The translations under genes were made by a program, and so were the position numbers. Below the pieces are notes generated by a model. The model searched no databases, was not told where the DNA came from, and saw only the letters and a program-made list of their open reading frames with translations. This document shows positions 1-12,319 of a DNA stretch of 64,000 nt, one piece after another. Within the stretch, counting starts at the first letter, position 1. Each line of letters opens with the position of its first letter. This DNA is from Takakia lepidozioides (Eukaryota > Plantae > Bryophyta): assembly GCA_030704615.1 (NCBI GenBank), contig CM060731.1:75640001-75704000 (forward strand). The letters are read 5' to 3'.

Positions 1-520
1 AAATATCTAAAATGTCATAGTTAACTAGAAGTAGGTAATTCTAGATATGTATATTTATATTTTGTGTGTTGGGAATTCATTTGGTCTCACATGCCAAGTG
101 AGGTGTCGAGCCTCACTTGAGACATGGAGATAGGTTTTCCCCTTGTGAGTGTTGAGGAGGCTCATCTTCTTGTAGTTGAGCCTCCATGAGCCTCTCCTAC
201 CTCCATAGCTCTAGGTATTGAGATGGAGTGTGGTGAGGGCTTTGTAGGGTGGATTCATTTAGCAAAGGTGCCCTTGGCTTGACTTAGTTTATATGATTGA
301 GTGGATTCATGAGTGGAGTGTTTCCATTGTATGTTCACTTCCATTATCACTACAAGAAGATCTCATTATACTTGTGAGTGCGGAGTGTAAGGGTTAGTTT
401 AGCACTTGTGTGTTGGAGAGAGTTTGGTAAAGAGCTCTTGTGTTGCAAGGTGTTGCAGGTTTTGCAAAGGAAAATCCTTGTGGCGTGGAGAACATGGATG
501 TTAGGGTTTGAGAAGCATTA
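1..520 (+). repeat. Terminal-repeat segment B (plus extension) of the DNMT/PHD Gypsy family, with an inversion junction near 47-50
   Basis: 50-348 matches ~15972-16274 and the reverse complement of ~29050-29320; 1-46 matches 29313-29358 in the opposite sense. Confidence 0.8.
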
Positions 521-1162
521 CTTGAGTCAGGATCTCGCGTGTTGGTCTTCTAGTAGCTTGGCCTTGCATTTCTTGCTAGCCTTCCATGGTTGTATCCACT
601 CCCACTATCCAATGCAATGCGGACATAACCAATCCCCATCAGGAACCATCTCAAGAGGTGGAGTCAAGCATCCCATATGCCAACCTCTAGAGCATTGATC
701 ACACACCAGCATGGTGGCTGCCCCTCTAGCAGACCCACACAACATGCACCTCAAACTTGCAGGTACCACTGCCAGGTTTGGGTCAACCCTTCCATCAACA
801 TTTGGAAGGTGACATGGCGCGCAATTATGCACATGGTCCTTCCAAATCATGCCATCCCGACCCTCCAAGATCAGGACTCCTGAGGGCAACACCTCTCGAA
901 CCCTCAAAATAGTACGTCATGCAGTCACATCCAAGGTCGTAGGAGCAGTCTGCTGCAGATAAACATAGTCACCAGGGTTAAATCTCCGAACCCCAGGACG
1001 TTAGCCCCCACCACGTATGGTAGCATACCTCAACGTATCACGATGTTGTGCAATGGCAAGGTTCTCGAAAGCCATGGGCATGACTTTCTTGAACAACTTT
1101 GCACGCTGATCACATGCATGTGCCCATATGTCCGAATCGTCAAGGTTGAGAACTGTAGCAGC
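521..1162 (-). pseudogene. Gypsy integrase C-terminus + PHD finger fragment
   Basis: ORF 605-907 ends CMLCGSARGAATMLVCDQCSRGWHMGCLTPPLEMVPDGDWLCPHC (C4HC3); near-identical to 29643-30283. Confidence 0.9.
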
Positions 1163-1184
1163 TTTAGGGTTTAGGGTTTAGGGT
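1163..1184 (+). repeat. Interstitial plant telomeric repeat (TTTAGGG)3
   Basis: tttagggtttagggtttagggt at the junction of two unrelated repeats. Confidence 0.9.
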
Positions 1185-2040
1185 GGTCAACAAAGGCTCG
1201 CAAATGTAACAAAAAGTAGAAAAAATACTAGAAAAAAACAAAGTAAATTTTAAGGGAGGCCGGTTCGGACCCAAATACAAATGCCATGGAAACCAAGACA
1301 AATGCATACAAAGTGTGCCTATCGTGCCTAAAGGGATGCTATAAGACTATTATGTCTTATCCAAGGACTCCCGCCCTCACGAGATAAGGTTCTCTAATTG
1401 AAGAATGAGACACTTTCGCTCCAACCGTAAGTTTTTTTATGTTTGCTTCTCCTTGTTTAGCGACAAAAATCTTGCTCACTATGGGCAAGCATGCGCTCAA
1501 GGCACTCACAAACATAGGGTCAAGTCTCAACCCCTAGTTGGAAAACTTATATGCCCACATTCAAAAAGAGGTTCGTACCTCTAAGGAAGAATGGGAGGGA
1601 TTACCGCATAAGGTCATCGACGAGAAGGTTAGGTCGGCAGAGGCTTGTGCATGCCCATAGTCCTCTGATCGCTCGAGATGAACTCGAGGGAGGATCAACC
1701 AAGTCCCTTCTCTCCGACCATCGAGCGTACGACAAGGGGAACTGTGTAGTCGGGGCTAAATTAGCTTACCCGACACGATTACCATATACCCCCAGCTGCC
1801 TTCCCCATTGTAAGCGGTGGCTAAGATGGCGTCAAACGGAAGGCTCTATACGCCCGTGCTTCGGAAAGAAAAAAGGCCTCGGAAGTATCCAAGGGTTGGG
1901 ATTCCCCTTGGAGCCAAGCACCCCTTCGATCCAAGTTGCCCGGGCGGGCTTCTCTAAGTGTGGAGACACAAAAAGAGTTAAGGTGTTTTATTCCAAGCAA
2001 GTTTCGCTTGATTGCTCAAGCTCATCAGTGGAACACCAAG
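1185..2040 (+). repeat. Unclassified dispersed repeat, copy 1
   Basis: Aligns with the reverse complement of ~24920-25862 (gtcaacaaaggc...gaggccggttcggacccaaatacaaatgc...). Confidence 0.75.
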
Positions 2041-2299
2041 AGACGAAGTCCTAAGAGCCAAGCCTATCCTTATATACTAGAAAAGCACCCTCACTATGTG
2101 GAAACGATATGGGATAATTCCCAAGGCAATAATAATGCCACTAAAGCACTAATTTAGCCTCCAAGTCAAGACTGCATTAATTAGTCAATGGTCCAAATTA
2201 ATTGTTGGAACCCTTTGACTTTAACATCAACACTAGGGCTATCAAAGAGGCAAAATTAATAATGCTAGGGACATTTGCACTACAAAATCATCCTATCAT

Positions 2300-3313
2300 T
2301 CTAGATTTAACTAGGAATGAACTCAGCTTTTGCGGATTCCTCCAACAAATCATCGCTCGAGGAAGAAACCGAAGCTCCGGGACTTGCTGAAGCAACTCGT
2401 GGAGTCTAGGGTTTAGGGTGGCCCCCAAGTTCAAGGCTCAAGTGTACGAAGAGTAGTCGAGCTTAAGAACAAGGGGGGCCCGTTTACCCTCAACTGCGCG
2501 TTGCGTCTGTTGGTCGAGTAGAGCGGATCTGAGGTCGTAGGAGATCTTGGTGAAGCAACTCCGGATGAACGCCGCCGGATAACCTCGGGCTCGAAGACGT
2601 TTGTAAAACAAAAGTCGCAAATGGTTGAACCCTTGGATGGTGCTTTCTCGTATTACGTACCGTTGGAGCTCGCCGATGACGAAAGCTTTCTTTTGGTGAT
2701 GTGGATGCCACGAGGACCAAGGCAAGTATTGATACTTGTTTTGGGCCTTTTGATGACATCTAGTAGAGAGCCGTCGAGTTTGGATGAAGTCGTCTCCTTT
2801 GAAGAAGGTGATATCCAAGATGTCAGCGGACGTCGGGCTTATGGCAATCGTGATTTTGATGCCATCGAACATGGAACCGTAGTTCCGTAACCAGGACCGG
2901 AGGCTCTTTTCGGAGCCTACCCAGATGCCAAAGCCGTCGTCGGTATAGCGCTTAAGATAAAGCAGCTCTTGCTCCGATGGGCACACGTACTCCATGCACA
3001 TCTCCAACCGACAAAGGAACAAACAAGCATAAACAACTGCAAAATTGCTCCCCAACGCCGTCCCGCGAATTTGGTGCCAAAAACTACCATTGAACTCAAG
3101 GTAATGGTGTTTCAAGACTAACCCAGCGAGGGTCATGATCAGGTCTTTTTTGTGTTTGGTGAAATTACCTCCAATAGCACATTCGAGCTCATACAAGCCA
3201 AGCTCGGTGATGATGCTGGGATATAGAGATTCCACATCAAACGTAAAAAGAAGAGCATGCGAGGGGACCTCGAGTTGGGAAACCTCTCGAAGAAGCGTGA
3301 GAGAATCAACCAA
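2300..3313 (-). mobile_element. Penelope-like element reverse transcriptase, 5'-truncated, no GIY-YIG seen
   Basis: FTFDVESLYPSI, QIRGTALGSNFA, RYTDDGF, YLPWSSWHP, LRARGYP; the frame continues past one stop to ..MICWRNPQKLSSFLVKS. Confidence 0.9.
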
Positions 3314-3359
3314 ATGAGTGGGTTCCTTGAGAAGTACCGGAAGGAGTTGGTGATGGAGC

Positions 3360-3865
3360 CAAATTGGATGTGACTGCAGGACGTACTATTTTGAGGGTTC
3401 GAGAGGTGTTGCCCTCATGAGTCTTGATCTTGGAGGGTCGGGATGGCATGATTTGGAAGGACCAATTGCGCGCCATGTCACCTTCCAAATGTTGATGGAA
3501 GGGTTGACCCAAACCTGGCAGTGGTACCTGCAAGTTTGAGGTGCATGTTGTGTGGGGTCTGCTAGAGGGGCAGCCACCATGCTGGTGTGTGATCAATGCT
3601 CTAGAGGTTGGCATATGGGATGCTTGACTCCACCTCTTGAGATGGTTCATGATGGGGATTGGTTTTGTCCGCATTGCATTGGATAGTGGGAGTGGATACA
3701 ACCATGGAAGGCTAACAAGAAATGCAAGGCCAAGCTACTAGGAGACCAACACACGAGATCCTGACTCAAGTTCACAGATTGCAAGACGGCGACTAACGAT
3801 GGGGTTGCTCTTGTACCCGGCCTCTTGGTCTATAGAGTTTGAGTACAATAGGGACAGTGATAGAG
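3360..3865 (+). mobile_element. 3' part (integrase end, PHD, 3'UTR) of DNMT/PHD Gypsy copy; continues at 15736 after the MULE insertion
   Basis: Reverse complement of ~29549-30055; sequence resumes exactly at 15736. Confidence 0.9.
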
Positions 3866-4702
3866 GAGGTTTACTATTTCATGAGCAAAAACCATGAGCC
3901 ATGAGCCATGAGCCGCATGAGCCGCATGAGCCGCATGAGCGGTGAGCCGAAGTCTAAGACACGCGGATTTCATGAGCGTCCTCCTCCAAATTTGGAAATG
4001 CGGCAGATTAAACAAGTATTAAAATAATAGTTTTATATTTGACCTTGCCGTTTTTGGAAGTTACAGATCTTGTAATGCGGCGAAGATATGTCGTCAGTAA
4101 CAACTCCGCTCATGGTTTTTTAGATCCGCTCATGGAAATGAGTGACCGTGCAACGAGAAATCCAGTATACCACGGCAAAAGGACGTCACATACTGGCCTG
4201 TATAGAGTATTCCGCGGTTTTACATGCCTTAACATTGGAATGAAGCTGACCCTTTTGCCGCGACTGAACCAATAAAGTCTGCACAATTCTGTCATCTTCC
4301 AGTATTCGGCGGGAAAGTTTTGCAAGTGAACTAGGAAATGCGGTGCCGCATTAGGGTTCGCACGTGCGAAATTTCGGGGCGGTTTGCTGTTGCTGACTGC
4401 CGCATCTACCAGTACCTACGACGTTCCTTGGAAATGCGGCGCCGCATTTCCTTGCCGGGGGTCGAATGAGGAAAGCAAAGTTTGGGAGAGCACAAAAACA
4501 GGAACCCTCCAACACACAAAAATACATGCACGTGGAAATGAGTGAATGACATAGTATTATTGACGTTCAAGCAAAACAGGTTACTAGTAGGCAAGACATA
4601 AGTCGGACCTTTCTGTGGCCAGAGTCAGAGCTACTTGCAGCAGTACAGTTCTACTATCCGAAAAGGATGGGCGTACCATTGTGTTGGGACCGCAAGCCAA
4701 GG

Positions 4703-7700
4703 TCACTGGTCCCCTGGATCCATATTCAGAAGAGTGTGCACCTCTTGGGGGCTCAACCCTGGTGCATGTATGAAGTGATGAGTTGTGGAATTACACCGGA
4801 GTCTCTTTAGGTACACGTAGTACAGATGCTTGCAAGGGCAGTATGATGCCCCCTTGTTCGCCATGATCTGAAAGTCGGTGTAATTGCAGGTGGGTAATTC
4901 TGAAATGGTGATGGTGTACACCTCATTGCGAACAGCTGAGCCTGCCGTGGCCATCTGATACACACGCCCGAAGCCTGGTGGGGGCACTTCTGTCGAGCTC
5001 TGGATTGTACAGTTTATCCGAAGTGCATTCCCCATCATTGTCTCGTTCGCTTTTGAGGGAGGTCGCCGCCTCTTCGGTTTCCCCCAACGGTGTGTAGGAT
5101 GCTTAGAGCTGTCGGGTCCCATTGTTCTTGCTCTCACAGGGGTCGGTGGTGGAGGCTGTGGAAGCGGAAATGGTTGTCTGGGGACGTCAGTGCGCTGCAC
5201 CATCCGAAATCCTGCGGCGGTAAGGGCGTCGGCCTCGACCTGACTCAGATCGCAGCCTGGTTCCACCGGCCACACCGGGGGAGCCTCTGGCATTGTTTGT
5301 ATGCCGTACTTGGGCTTTCCATACACGCAAGTCATAATGTCGTGCCTGCAGAACCAGAACTGGGTGGTTGTCGCCTCCGCAAACTTTGCATGGACAAATC
5401 TTCCTGTAAAAGTAGGAGCAGGGACAACACCATCTGGATTCCTCCTTATCATCTCTAAACAACATTGCCGTGTATCCACTCGAATTGCGGAACACCTGCC
5501 TCGAAACGACAGCTTTGTGCGAGCAATTCTCCACTGTGACGCAGACACAGTCGTCTCCACAATGGCTTAGCCATACTGCATAACAGGGGGCGGAATCTGG
5601 GGCAAGCGAGCGGTGGGAATTTCTCGCCCGGAATCCCCGCTTGAAGGCGATGGCGATCTGGAATTTCTTGGGCTTCCACTGCTGGAAGACACATTGTGCG
5701 GCAACATGACGGGCCCTCAAGGTGCTGTCCGAATGTTCCTGTCGGATCTCTAGGAATCCTCTTCGCACCCGGGTTCCTCTTCAATCCTCCGCCTCAAGGG
5801 CGAGTACGGACGTCCCCCTCTAGGTGCTCACCTCTGCGGTGCAGAGGCGTCCCTTTGATCTTCTCTCGCAATGCTGTCGCCCATTTCAGTGGATTCTTCG
5901 ACCTCGAAGCTGTTCGCACCAACAATTCCTCCCTGTCCGGCCCAAATCCCCATTGTTTCCCGCTCAGGAACTTGTAGTACGTGGCTTGCTGCATGATTGC
6001 TCTGTCGATGTCCTCCGTTGTGGCCGTCACTACGTCCACCAGATGTGCGGCAGAAGACGCTCGCCAGGAGGAGTGCACTGATTCTGCCATATTCGTGTTC
6101 GGCATGTCCGTGTCGGAATCCAAGCACTGCTCCTACAAGGACACAGACAATGGTGAGGAACCAATGGAAAGGTCCGTAATAGAAAGACAATTGCACGAAA
6201 ATGACAGCATCATACCTCCCGCATGTACTGTCCGAACTGTCGATACCGGAAATGCCACCACCCCAACCAGCTGTGCAAGGCTCCCAGATTGGTTGTCTCC
6301 ACTGCACCTGACGTGTTCCACCAAGCCTCGATGATAGCAAACTTAACCTCCGCGTCATCAAATGTGGGTGCATCCTTCCACGCCGTACAAAGGACACGGT
6401 GTTCAGCATGGAATGAGCTAGCAACAAATTTGGTAGTGTAGTGGGATAGACTCTGCATCCAATGGAATCCACAGAATCTCTCTTTCCCCTCCATTGGCAC
6501 ATTGGGGTCCTCACCGTACACACGCCGCACCACTGCCCAGTTGGCCTGAGCGTTGTCTGCCATGAATCCCCTGAAATTGGGCTCTGGCAATCCCGCCCTT
6601 GCCATCTGCTCGTTTATGCCCTCCCACAGATGCATCTCCGACTGTGTGTCCTCCCCTTTCATCTCGCAGATTGCAATCGTCATGAGCCTCTTGGAGTGAT
6701 AGTCATAAACATGCGCACCCATAGTCACCCACTGATGGTTTGTAATTCGCTTGATGTGATCAAACATCACCCAAGCATTCGACAGGTTTCCAGTTGTCAT
6801 GCGAGTGACCAAGTTGACTCCACTCCCAGGCCCACACGTCGACATTTTAAAAATGTAACAACGATCGGATTCGCTGCCTTGCCCTGGAAACCTGCTACCT
6901 TGGATGTAGTCATATCCAGTCATTTCACCTACAGGATTGAGTGCATGTCCGACCCCCGGCCGAACTCCTGCTTGCAAGATACGATGTGATTCCGCACATT
7001 TGGACTACAAACGTGCGAGACGGACTCCAACAGGTCAAGCATCTCCTTTTCGTTCAAGGGCACTCGGTCAGAACCATCTTCAGACATGATTTTTCCAAGA
7101 GCAATCTTGTGGGCTGCCTTCAGCTGAATCTGCTTTGGTCTTGCTCCGGGGCTCAATTTCACCTCCTCTTTTATGATGTCCTGTGCTTCCTGCACAGCCT
7201 CACGCATGTTGCCTCTCGCCAAGGGGTGGCAGTGGACCCCAACGTGTATGCAAGCTCTAGTCAAGTCCGGGAACAAATGGATAACGTAATATTGCTTGGC
7301 TCTGCACATGGACATGCACGTCGGTGGTTCTTTGCAATGTGCGCACTTGAAAGTATCCGCAGGAGCTTGGCTGGAGACAATGAATGGATGATGCGTTGTG
7401 CCAGTCCAATCCGTCTCGTTTCTCCGCCCTCCTTTGGAAAGAAAGTGGAAGCAGGCGGGATTGAGGCACCTCAGCTTCCCCGCACAGAGGACGTATCGTA
7501 CACAAACACCATCAGCAATTTTCGTGCTACTGGTCTTCGTCACACACCAGGGGTGTCCGTCATGCTTTCGATCCATGTCTGTTAACATCCCCGAGGCTTT
7601 GTTTGAGGAAGTGACAGGTGGAAACTCAAAGATGACATTGTCATCGACTTCGGGAGGCAGATACGTTACCTTCCTGACCGGAAATTTGGCATAGTCGAGA

Positions 7701-8305
7701 GCAGCCAGCTCGGAGCGAGAACCATCGAGGTGATGTTGCCGTAGGAGCTGCACAATGGACCGGGTTGGAGTTATGCTCGAGAGTACATGCGTAGCACCTG
7801 CAGAGACGTCCATGTCGGATTTGAACGACCATGTGGAGGACATGGGGACCATAATGCACTCATCTTCATCGTCGGAAATGTCGAATACGTCCACACGAGA
7901 AGCTATGGAGGGTCTTGACGGTCCAGGTCGGGAATGATTATCGTTGCATACCTCTCTGTTGGCAGTGGCCGCCTGTCGGTTTCCGGACTCCTTTGTGGAT
8001 GGTGTGGACAGCGACTGATTCGGAAAGGGAATGGGCATTCCCACAGCTCGGTACAGGATGGTGTCTGATGGGGGTACGTGCCATTCGATTCCGCAACCTC
8101 CGTCGTTACCTAGCACGACAATGGTCTCGTCAACCTGTCCAGGAACATCCTTCCTTTCTTCTTCCAAGTAAACTGTGCCCGGTTTGAGCTTGAATTTAGA
8201 ACAAAGGTAAGTTTCAGTCACTCTGCAAAGTCCTCCCTCGTTTGGGATCCAGGCTCTCCCAAGTTGTGGAGGACAACAAACTATAGCGTAGGAATTCGTA
8301 GCCAT
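4703..8305 (-). pseudogene. MULE transposase: GCM-like Zn domain + MULE DDE core + SWIM; intron 6133-6215; stops and frameshifts
   Basis: W..T..C.G.L.C...C..CAHC..C..HVGVHCHP; WVMFD, FMADNAQA, FCGFH, TNMAESVHS; C-terminal TCN.TDF..CPCKHLYYV; GT..AG intron at the same position as in MULE-B. Confidence 0.88.
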
Positions 8306-8684
8306 CGAACACCGCACGAAGTTGGCAAGTGCGAGGTTCAGTACAGCGACAGACAAAGGCTCACAGGCACTATGCGGAGTCCATCGACGATTGGAAGTCG
8401 CACATTGAAGTGGAAAGTATAGTTTAAAGATACATGCATGAAGGTGGGAGGTGTGATTCCATAGCCAGTAAGTTAGACAATGATGGCCGAATCGGCGACG
8501 AAATAACATCTCCTGACAGTTTCTCCTGAGGGTAGATCCAGCAGTATTCTCGGAACGGACAGGAGCGTTCGCACTGACAAGTGCCAGGACTGTTAGTTAA
8601 AACGGTCAGACAACGTAGTTGTGCTCATCAAGATGGCCGCAAATCTGTTGTTTCGGAACAATGCAACCCATTCAAGTTCAGCAT

Positions 8685-10315
8685 GCGGAAATAAGGTTTC
8701 AGATTTCCGTCCGGAGTGTTTCTTTCGATTGCTGCTGGACGGAAATACGGCGCCGCATTTCCGGATTGCGTCTTGGTCATGCACCAGAGCGACGGAAATG
8801 CGGCACCGAGTTTCCGTCCGGGGGAAACCTTTACACTCTCCAGAACGGAAATGCGGTAACTCATTTCCATCCAGCAAGCACAGTATGTGAAGGTGGAACG
8901 GAAATGCGGTACCGCATCTGATGAAGAATTATGAACAAAGGGAAGAGAAATGCGGCGCCGCATTTCCGTTCAAGTCGCACTTTCTGACATTCCAGAACGG
9001 AAATGCGGCACCGCATTTCCGCCCGGGTGAGACCTTCATACTCTCCAGAACGGAAATGCGGTAACGCATTTCCATCCAGCAAGCACGGTATGTGAAGGTG
9101 GAACGGAAATGCGGTACCCCATTTCTGTTCTGATGAGAAATTATGAACAAAGGGAAGAGAAATTCGGCGCCGCATTTCCGTCCGAGTCGCACTTTCCGAC
9201 ATTCCAGAACGGAAATGCGGCACCGCATTTCCGCCCAGGTGAGACCTTTATACTCTCCAGAACGGAAATGCGGTAACGCATTTCTATCCAGCAAGCACGG
9301 TATGTGAAGGTGGAACGGAAATGCGGTACCGCATTTCCGTTCTGATTGAGAATTATGAACAACGGGAACAGAAATGCGGCACCACATTTCCGTCTGAGTG
9401 GCACTTTCCGACATTCCAGAACGGAAATGCGGAGCCGCATTTCCGTTTTGTATCTGATGCTTGGAGCCGAGTGCAATTCCGATCGCTTGAGAAGGCGCAT
9501 TTCCGACCGCTTCAGACATTCATACTATCCAGAACGGAAATGCGGTACCGCATTTCCGTTCTGACTCTAAATCGTGAACCATCGGAACTGAAATGCGGCA
9601 GCACATTTCCATCCGAGTCGCACCTCCCTCACAAGCTAGAACGGAAATGGGGCACCGCATTTCCGCCCGGGTGAGACCTTCATACTCTCGAGAACGGAAA
9701 TGCGGCACCGCATTTCCGTTCTTATGAAAAATCGTGAAACATCGGAACTGAAATGCTTTACAGCATTTCCGTCGGAGTCGCACCTTCCGACATTCTAGAA
9801 CGGAAATGCGGCGCCGCATTTCCGTTTTGTATATGAGGCCTGGAGCTGTGGGACGGAAATGCGGTGCCGCATTTCCATCCATGTGAGACCTTCAAACTTT
9901 CCAGACCGGAAATGCGGCACCGCATTTCCGTTCAGCTCAGACCTCTATACTTTCCCGAACAGAAATGTGGCACGGCATTTCCGTTCATCAACTAAGGTAT
10001 GTGAAGGGGGAACGGAAATGCGGTACCGCATTTCCGTTCAGATTGTAAATCATGAACCACGGGAACTGAAATGCTGTACCGCATTTCCGTCTGGATCGCA
10101 CGTTTCGACATTCCAGAACGGAAATGCGGCGCCGCATTTCCCTTTTGTATCTCAGGCATGGAGCTGTGGGACGGAAATGCGGCACCGTTTTTCGTTTCAA
10201 CAACTAAGGTATGTGAAGGTGGAACGGAAATGCGGTGCCGCATTTTCTTCCAACAAGCACGGATGTGTAGCTTCGTGATGGTACTTAACGGAAATGCGGC
10301 GCCGCATTCGCATTT
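8685..10315. repeat. Array of ~30 palindromes GGAAATGCGGYRCCGCATTTCC at 53-bp period
   Basis: AAA of the motif at 8743, 8796, 8849, 8902, 9001, 9054...9425, 9538, 9591, 9645, 9698...10228; ~31-bp spacers recur in about 5 classes. Confidence 0.95.
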
Positions 10316-10721
10316 TCACTCCAACTCCAAATTTGAACACGTGGAGCAGTGGAATTGCGGCACATGTCTGCACTCTATCTGACTGAAGTGGCATGAGGCG
10401 GCGCGGCCTGACCGTTGGATAATGATGTTTGTTTTTCGGACGGCAGGCGTATCCTGAACGATTTGAATTTCGTAATGACGCAAAGTCCACGAGGAGACAC
10501 TTTCCTCCAACCCTTTCGAACCCAAGTGCTGCATCACTGCCGTTTCATCTGCTTTTGTCGTGTCTCCTCAGTCACCCCTCTCGCGCCCTTTCCATCTGCA
10601 CTCTTCGCCCCTTTTCCCTGTCTCTTTTCTTCTTATGCTCGAACCTGAGAGGGAGGGAGTGCGTGTACCAGAGAAAAGACATCGTCGCAAGCTCCGAAAA
10701 TTGTACTTCGGACGAAGGCCA

Positions 10722-12185
10722 ATGCCGAAGGGGAGGAAGCAGATGCGTCTACAAGAGGAGATTGCCATCTCGCAGCATCAGGCCACGCAGACAACCCAGC
10801 CACCAGTGAGAGCTCCATGCTATCGGGATTCGCCAGCTGGTCGAGCACCGAAACCTGCCTCATTTTCCTTCTGCAATTCTTAGACTGTATGCTGGGAGAC
10901 TTGACTGTAGAAGATGTTTGCATGCCTAACCGGAAAGGTGGACGTGCTGGAGGGATCGCAGGAATCCGAAGAGCCGCAGGCAGAGTCCGTGGAGCTAGCT
11001 GCAGCACGCACACCCAGCCGATCCACAAGCACGGGCCTTCCTGCCGGTCCTAGCCCTGTGCGTTTCAAGGACGCGGCTTCCAAGGGCAAGTCTTTGCAGT
11101 TCAAAGCCCCAGAGAGTGACTCGCCTTCAAAGGTCATGGAGAATCGCCAGCAGGGGTCTAGCCCTTCTTCAGCAAAGACGAAGAAGAAGCAGCCCGTCCT
11201 TCAACTTGTTTCTGAACCGGACCAGGCCGTTTCCCCCCCACCCAGGCGAATGAAGCAGATTCAATTGCAGCAGACACCTTCACCTGGAAGAATGAGGAAG
11301 CACAAGGCAATCAGGGGGAGGGCGGAGCAGTCTCCCGCAAAACCGATTCCACGAGCTGAAGCCCAGTTCCTGCTTGATTTCCAACCTGCTGCAGCGAAGC
11401 CAATGGGATCGACCGTCGATCTGGCACCGGAGGAGGGTGCTGCCTCTCAACGTTCTCAGCAAGAGATGACCACAATTGAGGAAGACCTGACCACTGAACG
11501 CACGGAGGAGGCCTCTGCAATTGCACAATTGTCCGCAAAGATTCCCCAGAGTGCAGCTCCAGTTGGGGATGCTCCAGCTGCTCAGCCCCTGCCGCCACCA
11601 GCAGAAATGTCCCCAGAGGAATTCCAAAGTGCAGCGGATACAATGTTGGAGGAGACACATAGTAGCATTGGCAGAGTTCTGGGCAGCAGGGTATTCCAGC
11701 GAACTCTTCGAATCCCACTCTGTCGCATGGTCTCCCTTCCCATCGTCAGGCAGGCACTTCCCGGAGATGTGGATAAGCTCAAGTTCGCATTTCAAGAAGG
11801 GTACCGTCTAGGTTCGCCAGCCTTCTACGTTTCCCTTGAGAATGAGGACGGCGAATCTCGTGGACCCACTTCGAAGGAATTGTCAACATGGGATACCCAC
11901 TGGCACACTCGCAACGACGAATTCGAGGCAACCCTGAAGGGTGATCCCGACTTCGGCCATGTGTCGGGTAAAATGTTCATATGTGATTCAGCGGATGAGA
12001 GCGATGGAGACAGGGAGGACGACGAGCCAACGGAGGTGAGATGGTCGGTTCCGCAAGGTGAAGATGGGATTTTTGAAAGCCTGGCCATCGACCAGTCCGC
12101 TGGAGATGAGAAAGGCAATGACGGGGTGGAGGCGGAGCAGGACAGTCAAGAACAGGCCGACAGTAGTGATGATTTTCAAGATTAA
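10722..12185 (+). CDS. MULE accessory ORF: long disordered N-terminus + truncated ParB/Srx-like domain + acidic tail (start uncertain)
   Basis: ORF 10914-12185: LRIPLCRMVSLPIVRQALPGDVDKLKFAFQEGY..FYVS..GKMFICD resembles the ParB N-terminal pattern but lacks the following GxxR motif. Confidence 0.45.
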
Positions 12186-12319
12186 TACAATTTTAATGAA
12201 CTCTCTGTACATTTAAAATCAATTCTAGAGTATATAAAATGGAATTCTCCCCGTCCTTCATGTCCCCTCTCCCATGTGCTTCTAAACGACAACATCGTCC
12301 AAAGCTGGTCCCTCCCAAA

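Noticed and set aside
2407-2420. Telomeric insertion TAGGGTTTAGGGT
   Set aside because: It encodes TLNP in the PLE RT tail, matched by VLNPK in the 42670 copy, so it is not a junction.
8685-10315. CRISPR array (palindromic repeats with fixed-length spacers)
   Set aside because: Spacers recur as about 5 related classes in a higher-order pattern, repeats are degenerate, no cas genes are present, and the array lies inside a eukaryotic MULE.
8593-10490. Many overlapping ORFs with EMRCRIS / GNAAPHF / KCGTAF repeats (also 12182-13451)
   Set aside because: They are translations of the palindrome in all six frames; the 53-bp period is not a multiple of 3.
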